Of a DNA stretch of 64,000 bases, positions 21,390 through 31,198 are shown piece by piece. Position 1 is the stretch's first letter. Every line of letters starts with the position of its first letter. The position numbers were made by a program, and so were the translations under genes. Below the pieces are notes generated by a model that searched no databases, was not told where the DNA came from, and saw only the letters and a list, made by a program, of their open reading frames with translations. Source of the stretch: an uncultured cyanobacterium (lineage in GTDB: Bacteria > Cyanobacteriota > Cyanobacteriia > Cyanobacteriales > Nostocaceae); the NCBI GenBank assembly GCA_963706595.1, contig OY970166.1, forward strand, positions 352,001 to 416,000, read 5' to 3'.

Positions 21390-21483
21390 TACAGTTCAGC
21401 CTAAATAGCACAACCGTTTGAAACCAATGAAAAGTCTATAGAATCAGCTGTTTGACTTTTGACTTCCGCCCTGCGGTGCTAGT
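21386..21483. repeat. ~100-bp dispersed repeat with imperfect terminal IRs between convergent genes
   Basis: CTAGTACAG ... CGGTGCTAG ends; internal TTTGACT heptamers. Confidence 0.5.
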
Positions 21484-22158
21484 CTATAAACGCACAGATG
21501 ACCGCAGTAAAACTACCCTACTGCCATCTACTAGAACCGCAAAAAAACCGCGTTCGGTCAGCCTTTGTAGGGTTTTGTATGCTTCTTGTTGGTTGCCAGT
21601 ATAAACTGCCAATAAGTAAGGGCGTTGTCCGTAGGAAGCAAAACCTATGTTACCTCCTACTACTTGTTGGACACTATTGACCAACTCTGGTTTGTTAAAA
21701 TACTCTACCAATACAGCATAACCATCTCCTAGTACTTGGGGATTAAAGCTGATTGTCTGAGATGGATTTGGTGCTTGTGTGACATTACCTGCCGTTGGTC
21801 TTGTCGTGATGATGGCAGATAAACCGACAATATTATTGACATATCTCGCCCAACGATTAGCATCGTCAATGCTGTTAAATCCTCCTATCCGCGTCACTGT
21901 ATCAGTGAGATATTGGCAAGTTGTAGCTTGAATTTGGTTGGGTAAGGCACTACGTAGCTGTTTCTGACTATTGGCTGTGGGACTAACTACCAGCAAAAGA
22001 TATTCCCCAGGGCGGGGTTGTTGACAAACGGGAATATTTTGTTGGGCAGTGACATTGGTCATGCTACCTATCAAGCCTGCTGCTGTAAGTGCTAATGCAC
22101 TAGATAAAGTATCAAATTTCTGCACAGAATTGGGACGCATAAATTGGATTTTTTCCAA
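21484..22158 (-). CDS. Hypothetical secreted protein
   Basis: 224-aa ORF with signal-peptide-like segment ending VTA/QQ. Confidence 0.7.
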   Translation of the reverse strand: MEKIQFMRPNSVQKFDTLSSALALTAAGLIGSMTNVTAQQNIPVCQQPRPGEYLLLVVSPTANSQKQLRSALPNQIQATTCQYLTDTVTRIGGFNSIDDANRWARYVNNIVGLSAIITTRPTAGNVTQAPNPSQTISFNPQVLGDGYAVLVEYFNKPELVNSVQQVVGGNIGFASYGQRPYLLAVYTGNQQEAYKTLQRLTERGFFAVLVDGSRVVLLRSSVRL

Positions 22159-22451
22159 AGATTTTAAAAATGCCTTTTTTGTTCCCCTACTTTCAGGACA
22201 GGTTAAAAACCTGCCCCAAATTGTCCTCGCTGGCGAAGTTGATGATTTCTGACTTCGTGTTGAGGGTTTGTAGTCAGCACTTTAGTGCTTAACACAAAGA
22301 AAGAAACGGTAAGCTGTTGAACATTCAAATTGCACAATTTGCAGGGGACAGATGCCCATCCCACAAGAGTTTTATTTAAAATGTTGTGCAAAATCAGGTT
22401 TTTCAGCCTATGAGAAGATCAGGACTAAAGTCCTGACTAGGAAGTAGTATA

Positions 22452-22781
22452 TTAAGAGACTGAGGTCAGAGATGCTAAAGGATCTGAGATTGTCTGGGAA
22501 GGAGCCTGAAATTCTCCTGTAATCACATACTCTAATCGCAGTTTAAGCCAGGTAATAAATTGGGAATTGGTGGAAATAATAGCGGCGGCTGGTTTAGGAC
22601 ACTGCGCTTTTACCTCTGACATCTCAGGTGATTCTAAAAAAGCTGGCTGCTTCACTAACCAAAAATCAATTTCTTTTTCTTGTTCATGGTAGTGACGAGT
22701 GCGTTCTTTGAGGATTTCTGCGGTTGGTTCTTCTTGTATCAGGAATTTTTGACTTGCCAAAGCGTAATAGTATGTTTTCAT
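22452..22781 (-). CDS. ycf54: Ycf54, MgPME cyclase accessory protein
   Basis: YYYALASQKFL..EEP..EILKER...DFWLVKQPAFL...WLKLRL. Confidence 0.92.
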   Translation of the reverse strand: MKTYYYALASQKFLIQEEPTAEILKERTRHYHEQEKEIDFWLVKQPAFLESPEMSEVKAQCPKPAAAIISTNSQFITWLKLRLEYVITGEFQAPSQTISDPLASLTSVS

Positions 22782-22862
22782 TTTTTTAACCTTTGTTTAC
22801 TATTCAATAATTTAAGGGTACAGAGCTACATCATGTACCCCTAAAAAATAATTAAACCAGAA

Positions 22863-23645
22863 TTACCTGATCAAAGCACTGAAAGGACAAGCACTGGTTT
22901 TTGCTTCGCCCGTGCTAGGTTTTTCTTGCCAATGCCATAATTGTGCGAAAAAACTCCAAAAATTTGGTTGTTTCTGCTTTTGTTCAGCAGTTTCTTGTTT
23001 TCCGCTTGCTGTCAGCTTCTCTAAGAACTTGGTGTTGTCATAGTAGTGTTCCAAGGAAAGGATTTTCAAGTCCTCGGTAACGTGGGCAACGCTCATGCCA
23101 ATCACTTCTATTGTCTCTCCTGTGGGGGCGTTGTTTTTGTATGCGCCCTTAAAATGTCCCCAATGCCGCCACTTAAAGGCTACGGTGGGAGGGGCTGAGA
23201 ACACTTCTAGAACTTCCCACAGAAATCCGTCAGGAAATGCTGTATGGAAGAGGCTTGTGGATGTTTCAAAGTTTTCTTCAGCAGCTTTGTAATGTTGGGT
23301 ATTGCCAATTAAGAGTTTGTAAGTCCCTGACTCGACTACATCTGATATTGTGTAGCTAGGACCTCCATTGGTACTCATGCGGAACTTTTCATTTACAACT
23401 GATATCCACTGCTGGGGGTTGGTTTTGAAGTTCGCTTCTACATCGAAGGTTCTCACCAAGTTCTGAACTATGGCTTCTAGTGAGTCTTGGGGATGATTAC
23501 GTGTACTTTCTTTGGCTAGGTTTTCGTTGGAACGGGTATAATCGGGAAATTTGCCATAGCGCCATTCGATATCGGTACTCTGTTCTAGTACTTTATCTCT
23601 GTGCTGTACCCAAAGGGGTAGGTTGTTAGACTCTGTTGAGGTCAT
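22863..23645 (-). CDS. SnoaL-like / pathogen-related-protein family
   Basis: WRYGKFPDY, LEAIVQNLV, FPDGFLWEVLEVFSAPPTVAFKWRHWG; ATG at 23645. Confidence 0.75.
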   Translation of the reverse strand: MTSTESNNLPLWVQHRDKVLEQSTDIEWRYGKFPDYTRSNENLAKESTRNHPQDSLEAIVQNLVRTFDVEANFKTNPQQWISVVNEKFRMSTNGGPSYTISDVVESGTYKLLIGNTQHYKAAEENFETSTSLFHTAFPDGFLWEVLEVFSAPPTVAFKWRHWGHFKGAYKNNAPTGETIEVIGMSVAHVTEDLKILSLEHYYDNTKFLEKLTASGKQETAEQKQKQPNFWSFFAQLWHWQEKPSTGEAKTSACPFSALIR

Positions 23646-23720
23646 AGCAGTTTTTACTGAAAGATTTAACTCCAAATTTCTGGATTTCGCAGTTACAACC
23701 CCTCTGTTTTGAAAGTCTTT

Positions 23721-23781
23721 AGACGCGATAAATCGCGTCTCTACAAGAGTTTTTAGACGCGATGAATCGCGTCTCTACAAG
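23721..23781. repeat. Two tandem REP-like palindromes AGACGCGAT(A/G)AATCGCGTCTCTACAAG
   Basis: Copies at 23721-23747 and 23755-23781; a copy identical to the second at 61377-61403. Confidence 0.85.
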
Positions 23782-24491
23782 TGTATGGCTTGTTTCATTT
23801 CGCGGACGGCTCTTTCTATGCCTACTAATGCGGCGCGACTGATTATGGTATGACCAATGTTCAGTTCTTCCATTCCTGGTAGTGCAGCTACGGGATAAAC
23901 GTTCCAGTAGGTGAGTCCATGACCTGCGTTGACGCGTAAGCCTGCTTTTATTGCTTGTTCACATCCTTGAGCTAATACGGCTAATTCTTGCTGGCGATGG
24001 GTTTCGTTTTTAGCCTCAGCGTACTGTCCGGTGTGCAGTTCAATAAATTGCGCTTTTACCTTGACAGATGCTTCAATTTGTGCTGGCTGTGCGTCGATAA
24101 ATAAACTAACGGGAATACCAACGCTCTGCAATTTATCTACTATCTCACCTATTCTAGCAATTTGTCCGACAATATCTAATCCGCCTTCTGTGGTGACTTC
24201 TTCGCGCTTTTCGGGGACTAAGGTCACATAATCTGGTTTAATATCGAGAGCGATCGCTAACATTTCGTCTGTAGCGGCCATTTCTAAATTGAGATGCGAT
24301 CGCACTGTCTGACGCAAGAGTTGCACATCTCTGTCTTGAATATGTCGCCGATCTTCCCGCAGATGCACTGTAATACCATCTGCACCCGCTAATTCTGCTA
24401 GTACCGCCGCCGCTACGGGGTCTGGTTCCACTGTCCGCCGCGCTTGGCGAATGGTGGCGATGTGGTCAATGTTAACGCCAAGTGTAGGCAC
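23775..24491 (-). CDS. pdxJ: Pyridoxine 5'-phosphate synthase
   Basis: [40 protein letters not shown]. Confidence 0.97.
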   Translation of the reverse strand: MPTLGVNIDHIATIRQARRTVEPDPVAAAVLAELAGADGITVHLREDRRHIQDRDVQLLRQTVRSHLNLEMAATDEMLAIALDIKPDYVTLVPEKREEVTTEGGLDIVGQIARIGEIVDKLQSVGIPVSLFIDAQPAQIEASVKVKAQFIELHTGQYAEAKNETHRQQELAVLAQGCEQAIKAGLRVNAGHGLTYWNVYPVAALPGMEELNIGHTIISRAALVGIERAVREMKQAIHL

Positions 24492-24617
24492 CCTTGTATC
24501 TCCCTATCTATAATCCCTAAGTTTTGATTTTAAAGGATTTTAGAGACTGCTTCAGCAAATTTGAATCGATGCAATTTATAGTGGTGCGATCGCCAATAGT
24601 AATTAAGTCACTTAACC

Positions 24618-25400
24618 TTAACTCGAAGCACTGGTATAAAAACGTAGGGCAAACCGCCAAAAACCACTGGAAACCCAGAACAGCACCACAGCTAAAACTC
24701 CAGCACCTATTGTCCAATTAATTTGACCCCGACCCAGCATCGCTTCTGCTGGTATAGTTGTTAAAAATGCCACTGGGACTACAAAAGTGAAGAAAAAACG
24801 GTAAGCCGTCGGATAGGCTACCATGGGATATCTGCCAGCTTCTAACAAACCCCGTAAAACTTCAGTGGCGTTGTATATTTTGACAAACCAAATGCTAGTT
24901 GCACCCAGCATAAACCACAAGCTATAAAGAATTACCAAGCCGAATAATAACGGCAATGCACTCATGAGGTAATTATTGATTGCCAAACCCAGGTTTGTAC
25001 CTGCATAGCCGATGATTATACTGCCAAAAACTAAATCTGGCAGTCCCCAAGGTGACAAGGTATGAGTGGAAAGCCAAAATTGACTGCGGATAGGTTTAAG
25101 TAAGACGAAATCTAATGTACCTTCTTGGACGTGGCGAACAATGCGATTTAAGTTGGGGGCGAGAAAGGTAGCTGCAAAGCCTTGTAACAATGTAAAAATT
25201 CCCAGAACCAACAAAGCGGCTGACCATGACCAGCCGGTAAAGGTGTAACCAGTACGGTAAAATAAGAATAATCCAAAAAGACTGCCTGCGAGATTACCCA
25301 CACTGCTGAGGGTAGCTATGAGAAAATTGAGGCGATACTCCATCTCAGCTGCGATCGCAGTACTCCAGAATAGCTTTAAGACTTGCCAATATCTTCTCAT
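24618..25400 (-). CDS. ABC-2-type transporter permease (DUF990-like)
   Basis: EMEYRLNF, GTLDFVLLKP, GRYP, YTSASS; ATG at 25400. Confidence 0.85.
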   Translation of the reverse strand: MRRYWQVLKLFWSTAIAAEMEYRLNFLIATLSSVGNLAGSLFGLFLFYRTGYTFTGWSWSAALLVLGIFTLLQGFAATFLAPNLNRIVRHVQEGTLDFVLLKPIRSQFWLSTHTLSPWGLPDLVFGSIIIGYAGTNLGLAINNYLMSALPLLFGLVILYSLWFMLGATSIWFVKIYNATEVLRGLLEAGRYPMVAYPTAYRFFFTFVVPVAFLTTIPAEAMLGRGQINWTIGAGVLAVVLFWVSSGFWRFALRFYTSASS

Positions 25401-25518
25401 CTTGCACCCTGAACCCAATATATTGTCAGCATAGCTAATCACCGGCAATCTTGGCCATACGATCAACTATTCAACCTAAAATGAAAGTATCGTGCATAAA
25501 GTGAATTCCCAAGTTTAA

Positions 25519-25701
25519 ATGATCAAACTCGACCAGTTTTTAAAGTTTATGGGTGTAGCCTCAACTGGAGGACAAGCCAAACTGATAATTATTGATGGTG
25601 GCGTAAAAGTCAATGGTGAAGTTGAAACCCGACGCGGACGAAAATTAGTATTAGGTGACAAAGTAACAGTAGAAGGAAAAACTTTCGAGGTCGATCTATA
25701 A
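25519..25701 (+). CDS. RNA-binding S4-domain protein (YbcJ/YaaA-like)
   Basis: IKLDQFLK..G...TGGQAK...VKVNGEVETRRGRKL. Confidence 0.92.
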   Translation: MIKLDQFLKFMGVASTGGQAKLIIIDGGVKVNGEVETRRGRKLVLGDKVTVEGKTFEVDL

Positions 25702-25734
25702 TCTAAAGCTTCCCTCCACAAATATATCCTTAAC

Positions 25735-25790
25735 ACCCTACCCGGCTTTTGGCTAGCGCCAAGCTTACCTTTTCCACTAACGGGTAGGGT
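25735..25790. terminator. Inverted repeat downstream of the S4 gene
   Basis: ACCCTACCCG (25735-25744) / CGGGTAGGGT (25781-25790); long loop, no clear U-tract. Confidence 0.3.
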
Positions 25791-25976
25791 TCGGAGTATG
25801 ATAATTAATGCACCGAATATGATCAGCGAAAAACATCTGGTTTGCAGCTTTAAATTACATTAAACTGTTATGGAAAGGGCAAAGATGCCCGCCTATATTA
25901 TGCCAATCAAATGGCGATTAGCTTATGAATTATTTAACATTTACTTTTAAATTGAAAATTAAAAACTATATTTGTT

Positions 25977-25992
25977 TGTAACTGATATTACA
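25977..25992. promoter_or_regulatory. Putative NtcA-binding site
   Basis: TGTA-ACTGATAT-TACA, a perfect GTA-N8-TAC, ~480 bp upstream of the oxidase operon. Confidence 0.6.
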
Positions 25993-26474
25993 AAATCATA
26001 ATTTACGAATGTTCCATGTTGGACATTCAAAGCTTTTCATGTATGCAATATATGATAAATGCAAGCTAGTTTACATTATGAAAATATTTTTTTGAATTTT
26101 ATAAGCATTTTTAAAAGTTTATCTTAATTTTTTTGACAATTCGTAAAAAAATCTTTAAGCTAAAAGATAGGTTACACAAATCCAACAGAATATAGCAATT
26201 TTGTTAGATAAATTAAAAATTGCTGTTGTAGATGATCGACATGAACAAATGAATTGAACTAAATCATTGATGATAAATAGTAACTGCATCGTGTTGATCT
26301 ACAAGTAAAGACCTAGCAGTGCTATATCTTGACATTGACCGGATTTCGCCACATATATCTGATAGCCTGCGTGGCGTAGCCATACAAATTCCGGTCAAGT
26401 GCAAATAATTGTAGTGGTGTGAGGGCTGTCAATATTGACGATTGAGGTGCAATAGATATGTCCAGGAGAACACA

Positions 26475-26975
26475 ATGCTTGAGTATCTGACATCATTGAA
26501 TGACCATAATTTGCCGTATCCAGATACGATGCACCCCATCGTTGTCCACTTCGTAATTGCGATGGTATTGTTTGCATTCTTCTGCGATATACTAGGGTAT
26601 TTTACTGGTAGAACTCATCTTTATGAGGTGAGTTGGTGGAATATGTTTGTGGCGACAATCGCTATCTTCGTGGCGATTATTTTTGGTCAATTTGAAGCAG
26701 GTTTAGCACAACCTTACGACTTAGTTAAATCAGTGTTGAATGTACATACATTAGTGGGTTGGTCTCTGTCTGGAATTATCGCTTCAATTACAGCTTGGCG
26801 CTATGTGATTCGTAGCCGCAACCCTTACAAATTGTCGATTCATTATATGTTAGCTGGGTTGTTTTTAACCGTGATTGTGGGCGTGCAAGTATATCTCGGA
26901 GATCAACTGGTTTGGGTATATGGACTGCACACAGTACCAGTTGTTGAAGCAGTCAAGGAAGGTATCTTGCCATGA
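26475..26975 (+). CDS. DUF2231-family membrane protein
   Basis: HPIVVHF motif, multiple TMs; CAGGAG RBS before ATG 26475. Confidence 0.85.
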   Translation: MLEYLTSLNDHNLPYPDTMHPIVVHFVIAMVLFAFFCDILGYFTGRTHLYEVSWWNMFVATIAIFVAIIFGQFEAGLAQPYDLVKSVLNVHTLVGWSLSGIIASITAWRYVIRSRNPYKLSIHYMLAGLFLTVIVGVQVYLGDQLVWVYGLHTVPVVEAVKEGILP

Positions 26976-27577
26976 ACTCTGAACTCATTGATCAATTAAG
27001 CGGACAATTGGGCGCAAATGGATTACCTTACTCCATTCCCATTCATCCCAACTTAGTCCATCTGACTTTGGGTTTGTTCATCATTGGAATTACCTTTGAT
27101 ATTGTCGGGATGCTGTTCCCCTCCCAAAAATGGATCTTCAAGTTTTTGGCGATTCCTGTAGAACGTGCCAACTTCTTTGATGTGGGTTGGTACAACATGA
27201 TAGGCGCGACTATCATTACTATTTTCACAGTAGCCGCAGGTTTTTATGAAATGCTGCTGGCCACCCCACCAGCCGACGTGAAAAGTGCCTGGGGAATGCA
27301 GGCAATGGAAACGATGCTTTGGCATGGTGTTGGTGGCGTATTCTTACTAGCGCTGATTTCTGGCATGACCATTTGGAGAGGATGGCAGCGCTTCGTTTGG
27401 AGTGAAGACGCAGACCAACAAGTGCAGTGGAGTTATCTCGCCACAGGTATCGCAGTGATGTTAATCCTGTACGTCCACGGCACACTAGGGGCGCAAATGG
27501 CGGCTGAGTTTGGCATCCATAATACAGCAGATAGCTTGTTGCGCTTGGGCGAAGACCTCAACACAATGCTGAAATAA
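26972..27577 (+). CDS. DUF2231-family membrane protein
   Basis: HPNLVHL motif; ATGA overlap with the previous gene. Confidence 0.85.
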   Translation: MNSELIDQLSGQLGANGLPYSIPIHPNLVHLTLGLFIIGITFDIVGMLFPSQKWIFKFLAIPVERANFFDVGWYNMIGATIITIFTVAAGFYEMLLATPPADVKSAWGMQAMETMLWHGVGGVFLLALISGMTIWRGWQRFVWSEDADQQVQWSYLATGIAVMLILYVHGTLGAQMAAEFGIHNTADSLLRLGEDLNTMLK

Positions 27578-27635
27578 CCAATGTTGGTCATTTTCGATGA
27601 ATGACTCATGACTAACAACTAAATGACGAACAATT

Positions 27636-28562
27636 ATGGAAGTGCGGAAGATTTTAAATATTTTCACCGTGTTTGTGGGTGCAATCATCGTGACTGTCAT
27701 CAGTCTCTGGATAGGACATCAGGCTTATACCTGGCTTCCACCCCAAGCAGCAGCAGAGTCAGTGCTAATTGATGATTTGATTAGCTTCTTAGTTACCCTG
27801 GGGGCGTTCATTTTCTTGGGCGTAACCAGCACTCTGATGTATTCCCTGATTTTCCATCGGGCGGAAAAAGGCGACCTCACAGATGGCCCCCACATTGAGG
27901 GTAATATCGCCTTAGAAGTTGTCTGGACAGCCATTCCGATTATGTTGGTGTTGTGGATTGCTAGCTATAGCTACCAAGTCTACGAACAAATGGGAATTCA
28001 AGGGCCGATGGAATTGGTACATTTGCATAATCCTGTGGGCATGGAATCGGCTTATGCAGCCCCAAAAGATGAACCAGTACCAGCCTTGGGCGAACCTGTA
28101 GAAAAAATTGACGTATTGGCTAAACAATGGGCGTGGGTGTTTCACTACCCTGAAAGAAACGTTACCAGTACCGAATTGCATTTACCAAGCGATCGCCGGG
28201 TACGTTTAGCACTAACATCAGAAGATGTGCTGCATGGCTTCTATATTCCTGCATTCCGCCTCAAGCAGGATATAATTCCCAACCACACCATAGACTTTGA
28301 ATTTACCCCCATCCGTGCGGGACAGTATCGGTTAACCGACTCCCAATATAGCGGTACATACTTTGCGACCATGCAAGCCAATGTAGTCGTGGAATCTCCC
28401 GAAGATTACCACCAATGGCTATCCCACGCTGCAACCCAACAACCCACAGCAGCACACAATCAAGCAGCCTCCGAGTATGCCCAAGCAGCTAGTCAGTCAG
28501 TCAAAACTGGTTGGACTACCGTAGCACCTGCGGCATCTCCTGTAGTCAATTATCCTGGTTAA
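27636..28562 (+). CDS. coxB: Heme-copper oxidase subunit II, ARTO type (no CuA ligands)
   Basis: LEVVWTAIP, QWAW, DVLHGF; CxExCGxxH replaced by DSQYSGTYF. Confidence 0.9.
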   Translation: MEVRKILNIFTVFVGAIIVTVISLWIGHQAYTWLPPQAAAESVLIDDLISFLVTLGAFIFLGVTSTLMYSLIFHRAEKGDLTDGPHIEGNIALEVVWTAIPIMLVLWIASYSYQVYEQMGIQGPMELVHLHNPVGMESAYAAPKDEPVPALGEPVEKIDVLAKQWAWVFHYPERNVTSTELHLPSDRRVRLALTSEDVLHGFYIPAFRLKQDIIPNHTIDFEFTPIRAGQYRLTDSQYSGTYFATMQANVVVESPEDYHQWLSHAATQQPTAAHNQAASEYAQAASQSVKTGWTTVAPAASPVVNYPG

Positions 28563-28576
28563 TAGGAAACTCACCG

Positions 28577-30238
28577 ATGACAAATATCCCTCTCGCAGGC
28601 ATCAGTCACCCTGGTGAGAAGCCAGGCGGCTGGAAAACATACTTCAGCTTTAGCACCGACCATAAGGTAATAGGTATACAGTACCTTGTCACCTCATTCA
28701 TCTTCTTTCTCGTCGGCGGTATCTTCGCAATGGTAATTCGGGGAGAACTAATTACACCCGAATCAGACTTAATTGACCGCACCGTATACAACGGAATGTT
28801 CACCATGCACGGCACTATCATGCTGTTTTTGTGGACATTTCCCTCCCTAGTCGGCTTTGCTAACTATCTAGTACCCCTAATGATTGGGGCGCGAGATATG
28901 GCATTTCCCCGACTTAACGCCGTTGCTTTTTGGATGGTGCCGGTAGTCGGAACACTGTTAATGGCCAGTTTCTTAGTTCCTGGTGGCCCCGCCCAAGCAG
29001 GTTGGTGGTCTTATCCCCCAGTTAGTCTGCAAAACCCCACAGGTAACTTAATTAATGGACAAGTGCTGTGGTTGCTAGCAGTAGCCATATCCGGCGTATC
29101 CTCAATTATGGGGGCAGTTAACTTTGTCACCACCATTGTGAAAATGCGCGCCCCAGGTATGGGCTTCTTTCGGATGCCTTTATTTGTCTGGGCAGTATTT
29201 AGCGCCCAAATTATCCAATTATTTGGACTACCTGCACTGACAGCCGGTGCAGTCATGCTGTTACTAGACCTCACAGCTGGCACAGCCTTTTTCAACCCCA
29301 GTCAAGGGGGTAATCCAGTCATGTTTCAGCATTACTTCTGGTTTTACTCCCACCCAGCCGTTTACGTGATTATTCTGCCCATCTTTGGTATTTTCTCAGA
29401 AATCTTCCCTGTCTACTCCCGTAAACCATTGTTTGGCTACAAAGTAGTTGCCATTTCCTCAATGTTAATTGCCGTAGTCAGTGGTATTGTCTGGGTACAC
29501 CACATGTATGTCAGTGGTACACCAGGCTGGATGCGGTTGATATTCATGCTAACCACCATGTTTGTTTCCGTACCCACAGGCATTAAAGTATTTGCTTGGG
29601 TAGCCACCATTTGGGGCGGAAAACTGCGGTTAGATACAGCCATGCTGTTTTCCCTCGGTGCTTTGGTGATGTTCGTCTTTGCAGGCATCACAGGCATTAT
29701 GCTGTCCTCCGTACCTGTAGACGTTCACGTAAACAATACATACTTTGTAGTCGGTCACTTTCACTACGTTCTCTTTGGCACAGTGACAATGGGCTTATAT
29801 TCTGCCATCTACCACTGGTTCCCCAAAATGACCGGCAGAATGTACTACGAAGGCTGGGGTAAACTACACTTTTGGTTAACATTTATTGGCACTAACCTCA
29901 ACTTTTTGCCCATGCACCCATTAGGGTTGCAAGGAATGTTACGCCGAGTTTCCTCCTACGCCCCAGAATACGAATTTTGGAACATTATCGCTAGCTTAGG
30001 CGCTTTCCTCTTAGGAATGTCTACCCTACCCTTCATTTTCAATATGGTAGTTTCCTGGATGCAAGGCGAAAAAGCCCCCGATAATCCTTGGCGCGCCATT
30101 GGACTAGAGTGGATGGTTTCTTCACCACCCCCAGTAGAAAACTTTGAACAAATTCCCATCATCATCTCTGAACCCTACGGCTACGGCAAAACAGAACCCT
30201 TAACAGCCAACAACCCCGCATTAAAAAACGCAGACTAA
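28577..30238 (+). CDS. coxA: Heme-copper oxidase subunit I
   Basis: TDHKVIG, TMHG, FWFYSHPAVY, WVHHM, GHFHY, GMLRR; ATG at 28577. Confidence 0.95.
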   Translation: MTNIPLAGISHPGEKPGGWKTYFSFSTDHKVIGIQYLVTSFIFFLVGGIFAMVIRGELITPESDLIDRTVYNGMFTMHGTIMLFLWTFPSLVGFANYLVPLMIGARDMAFPRLNAVAFWMVPVVGTLLMASFLVPGGPAQAGWWSYPPVSLQNPTGNLINGQVLWLLAVAISGVSSIMGAVNFVTTIVKMRAPGMGFFRMPLFVWAVFSAQIIQLFGLPALTAGAVMLLLDLTAGTAFFNPSQGGNPVMFQHYFWFYSHPAVYVIILPIFGIFSEIFPVYSRKPLFGYKVVAISSMLIAVVSGIVWVHHMYVSGTPGWMRLIFMLTTMFVSVPTGIKVFAWVATIWGGKLRLDTAMLFSLGALVMFVFAGITGIMLSSVPVDVHVNNTYFVVGHFHYVLFGTVTMGLYSAIYHWFPKMTGRMYYEGWGKLHFWLTFIGTNLNFLPMHPLGLQGMLRRVSSYAPEYEFWNIIASLGAFLLGMSTLPFIFNMVVSWMQGEKAPDNPWRAIGLEWMVSSPPPVENFEQIPIIISEPYGYGKTEPLTANNPALKNAD

Positions 30239-30306
30239 ACTCCCTCCGCGCACCTTTGCGCTTCCCTTCGCGTTCCTCTGCGTTTAAAAAAGGAGAATTC
30301 CCCTCA

Positions 30307-30918
30307 ATGGACAGTTCCATCAACCCAGACGAATTACAACTACCTCATCACACAGGGGTTGAACACGAACACGACGAAGAAGGCAACAAAATGTTTGGCT
30401 TCATCGTGTTCCTCCTCTCAGAAAGCGTCATCTTTCTCAGCTTCTTCGCCGGCTATATCGTCTACAAAACCACAAGTACCAATTGGCTACCAGCCGGAGT
30501 TTCCGGACTAGAAATCAGAGAACCTGCAATCAACACAGTCATACTGGTTTCCAGTAGCTTTGTAATTTATTTGGCAGAACGCGCCCTGCAAAACCACAAC
30601 TTAAAGGGTTTTCGCATATATCTTGCCGCCACAATGGCAATGGGTAGCTACTTTTTAGTAGGACAAGGAATTGAATGGAGTAACCTAGAATTTGGCTTTA
30701 CTTCCGGGGTATACGGTGGAATGTTTTACCTGCTAACTGGTTTTCACGGTTTGCACGTTTTCACCGGTATTCTGTTGCAGTCAATTATTTTTGTCCGTTC
30801 TTTTTTCCCTGGGAACTACGATTCCGGTCACTTTGGCGTAAATGCCACCTCGTTATTTTGGCACTTTGTCGATGTGATTTGGATTGTTTTGTTTATCCTA
30901 ATTTATCTTTGGCAATAA
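30307..30918 (+). CDS. coxC: Heme-copper oxidase subunit III
   Basis: FLLSE, LTGFHGLHV, FWHFVDVIW; ATG at 30307. Confidence 0.93.
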   Translation: MDSSINPDELQLPHHTGVEHEHDEEGNKMFGFIVFLLSESVIFLSFFAGYIVYKTTSTNWLPAGVSGLEIREPAINTVILVSSSFVIYLAERALQNHNLKGFRIYLAATMAMGSYFLVGQGIEWSNLEFGFTSGVYGGMFYLLTGFHGLHVFTGILLQSIIFVRSFFPGNYDSGHFGVNATSLFWHFVDVIWIVLFILIYLWQ

Positions 30919-30922
30919 ATTT

Positions 30923-30955
30923 TTGGGGATGCTTCGATGGTGTCCCCAATTCTTT
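30923..30955 (+). terminator. Putative intrinsic terminator after coxC
   Basis: TTGGGGATGC...GTGTCCCCAA stem followed by TTCTTT. Confidence 0.5.
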
Positions 30956-30982
30956 AACTTAGATTAATCACTGATAATTAAA

Positions 30983-31078
30983 GTAGGTTGGGTAGAGGAA
31001 CGTTAACGTAGTTTGCCGAAGGCGTAACCCAACATTTTCACGAATTTGTTGGGTTTCACTTTGTTCAACCCAACCTAC
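30983..31078. repeat. REP-like inverted doublet
   Basis: GTAGGTTGGG ... CCCAACCTAC ends with internal AACCCAAC/GTTGGGTT palindromes; another GTAG-type half ends near 31172. Confidence 0.7.
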
Positions 31079-31198
31079 AAAAATATATTTTATGATCAGA
31101 AAATTAACCAGTAGTGGCGTGGCAAGCTTAAATTATTGACGGTGCGTTGCGCTGCGCGACAACACACCCTACACTCATTTGTCTTTACATGAGTATTA

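Noticed and set aside
26335..26398. DIF1 (TCCGGA) heterocyst promoter motif
   Set aside because: Only ACCGGA/TCCGGT, which are arms of a TTGACCGGA...TCCGGTCAA inverted repeat; no TSS evidence
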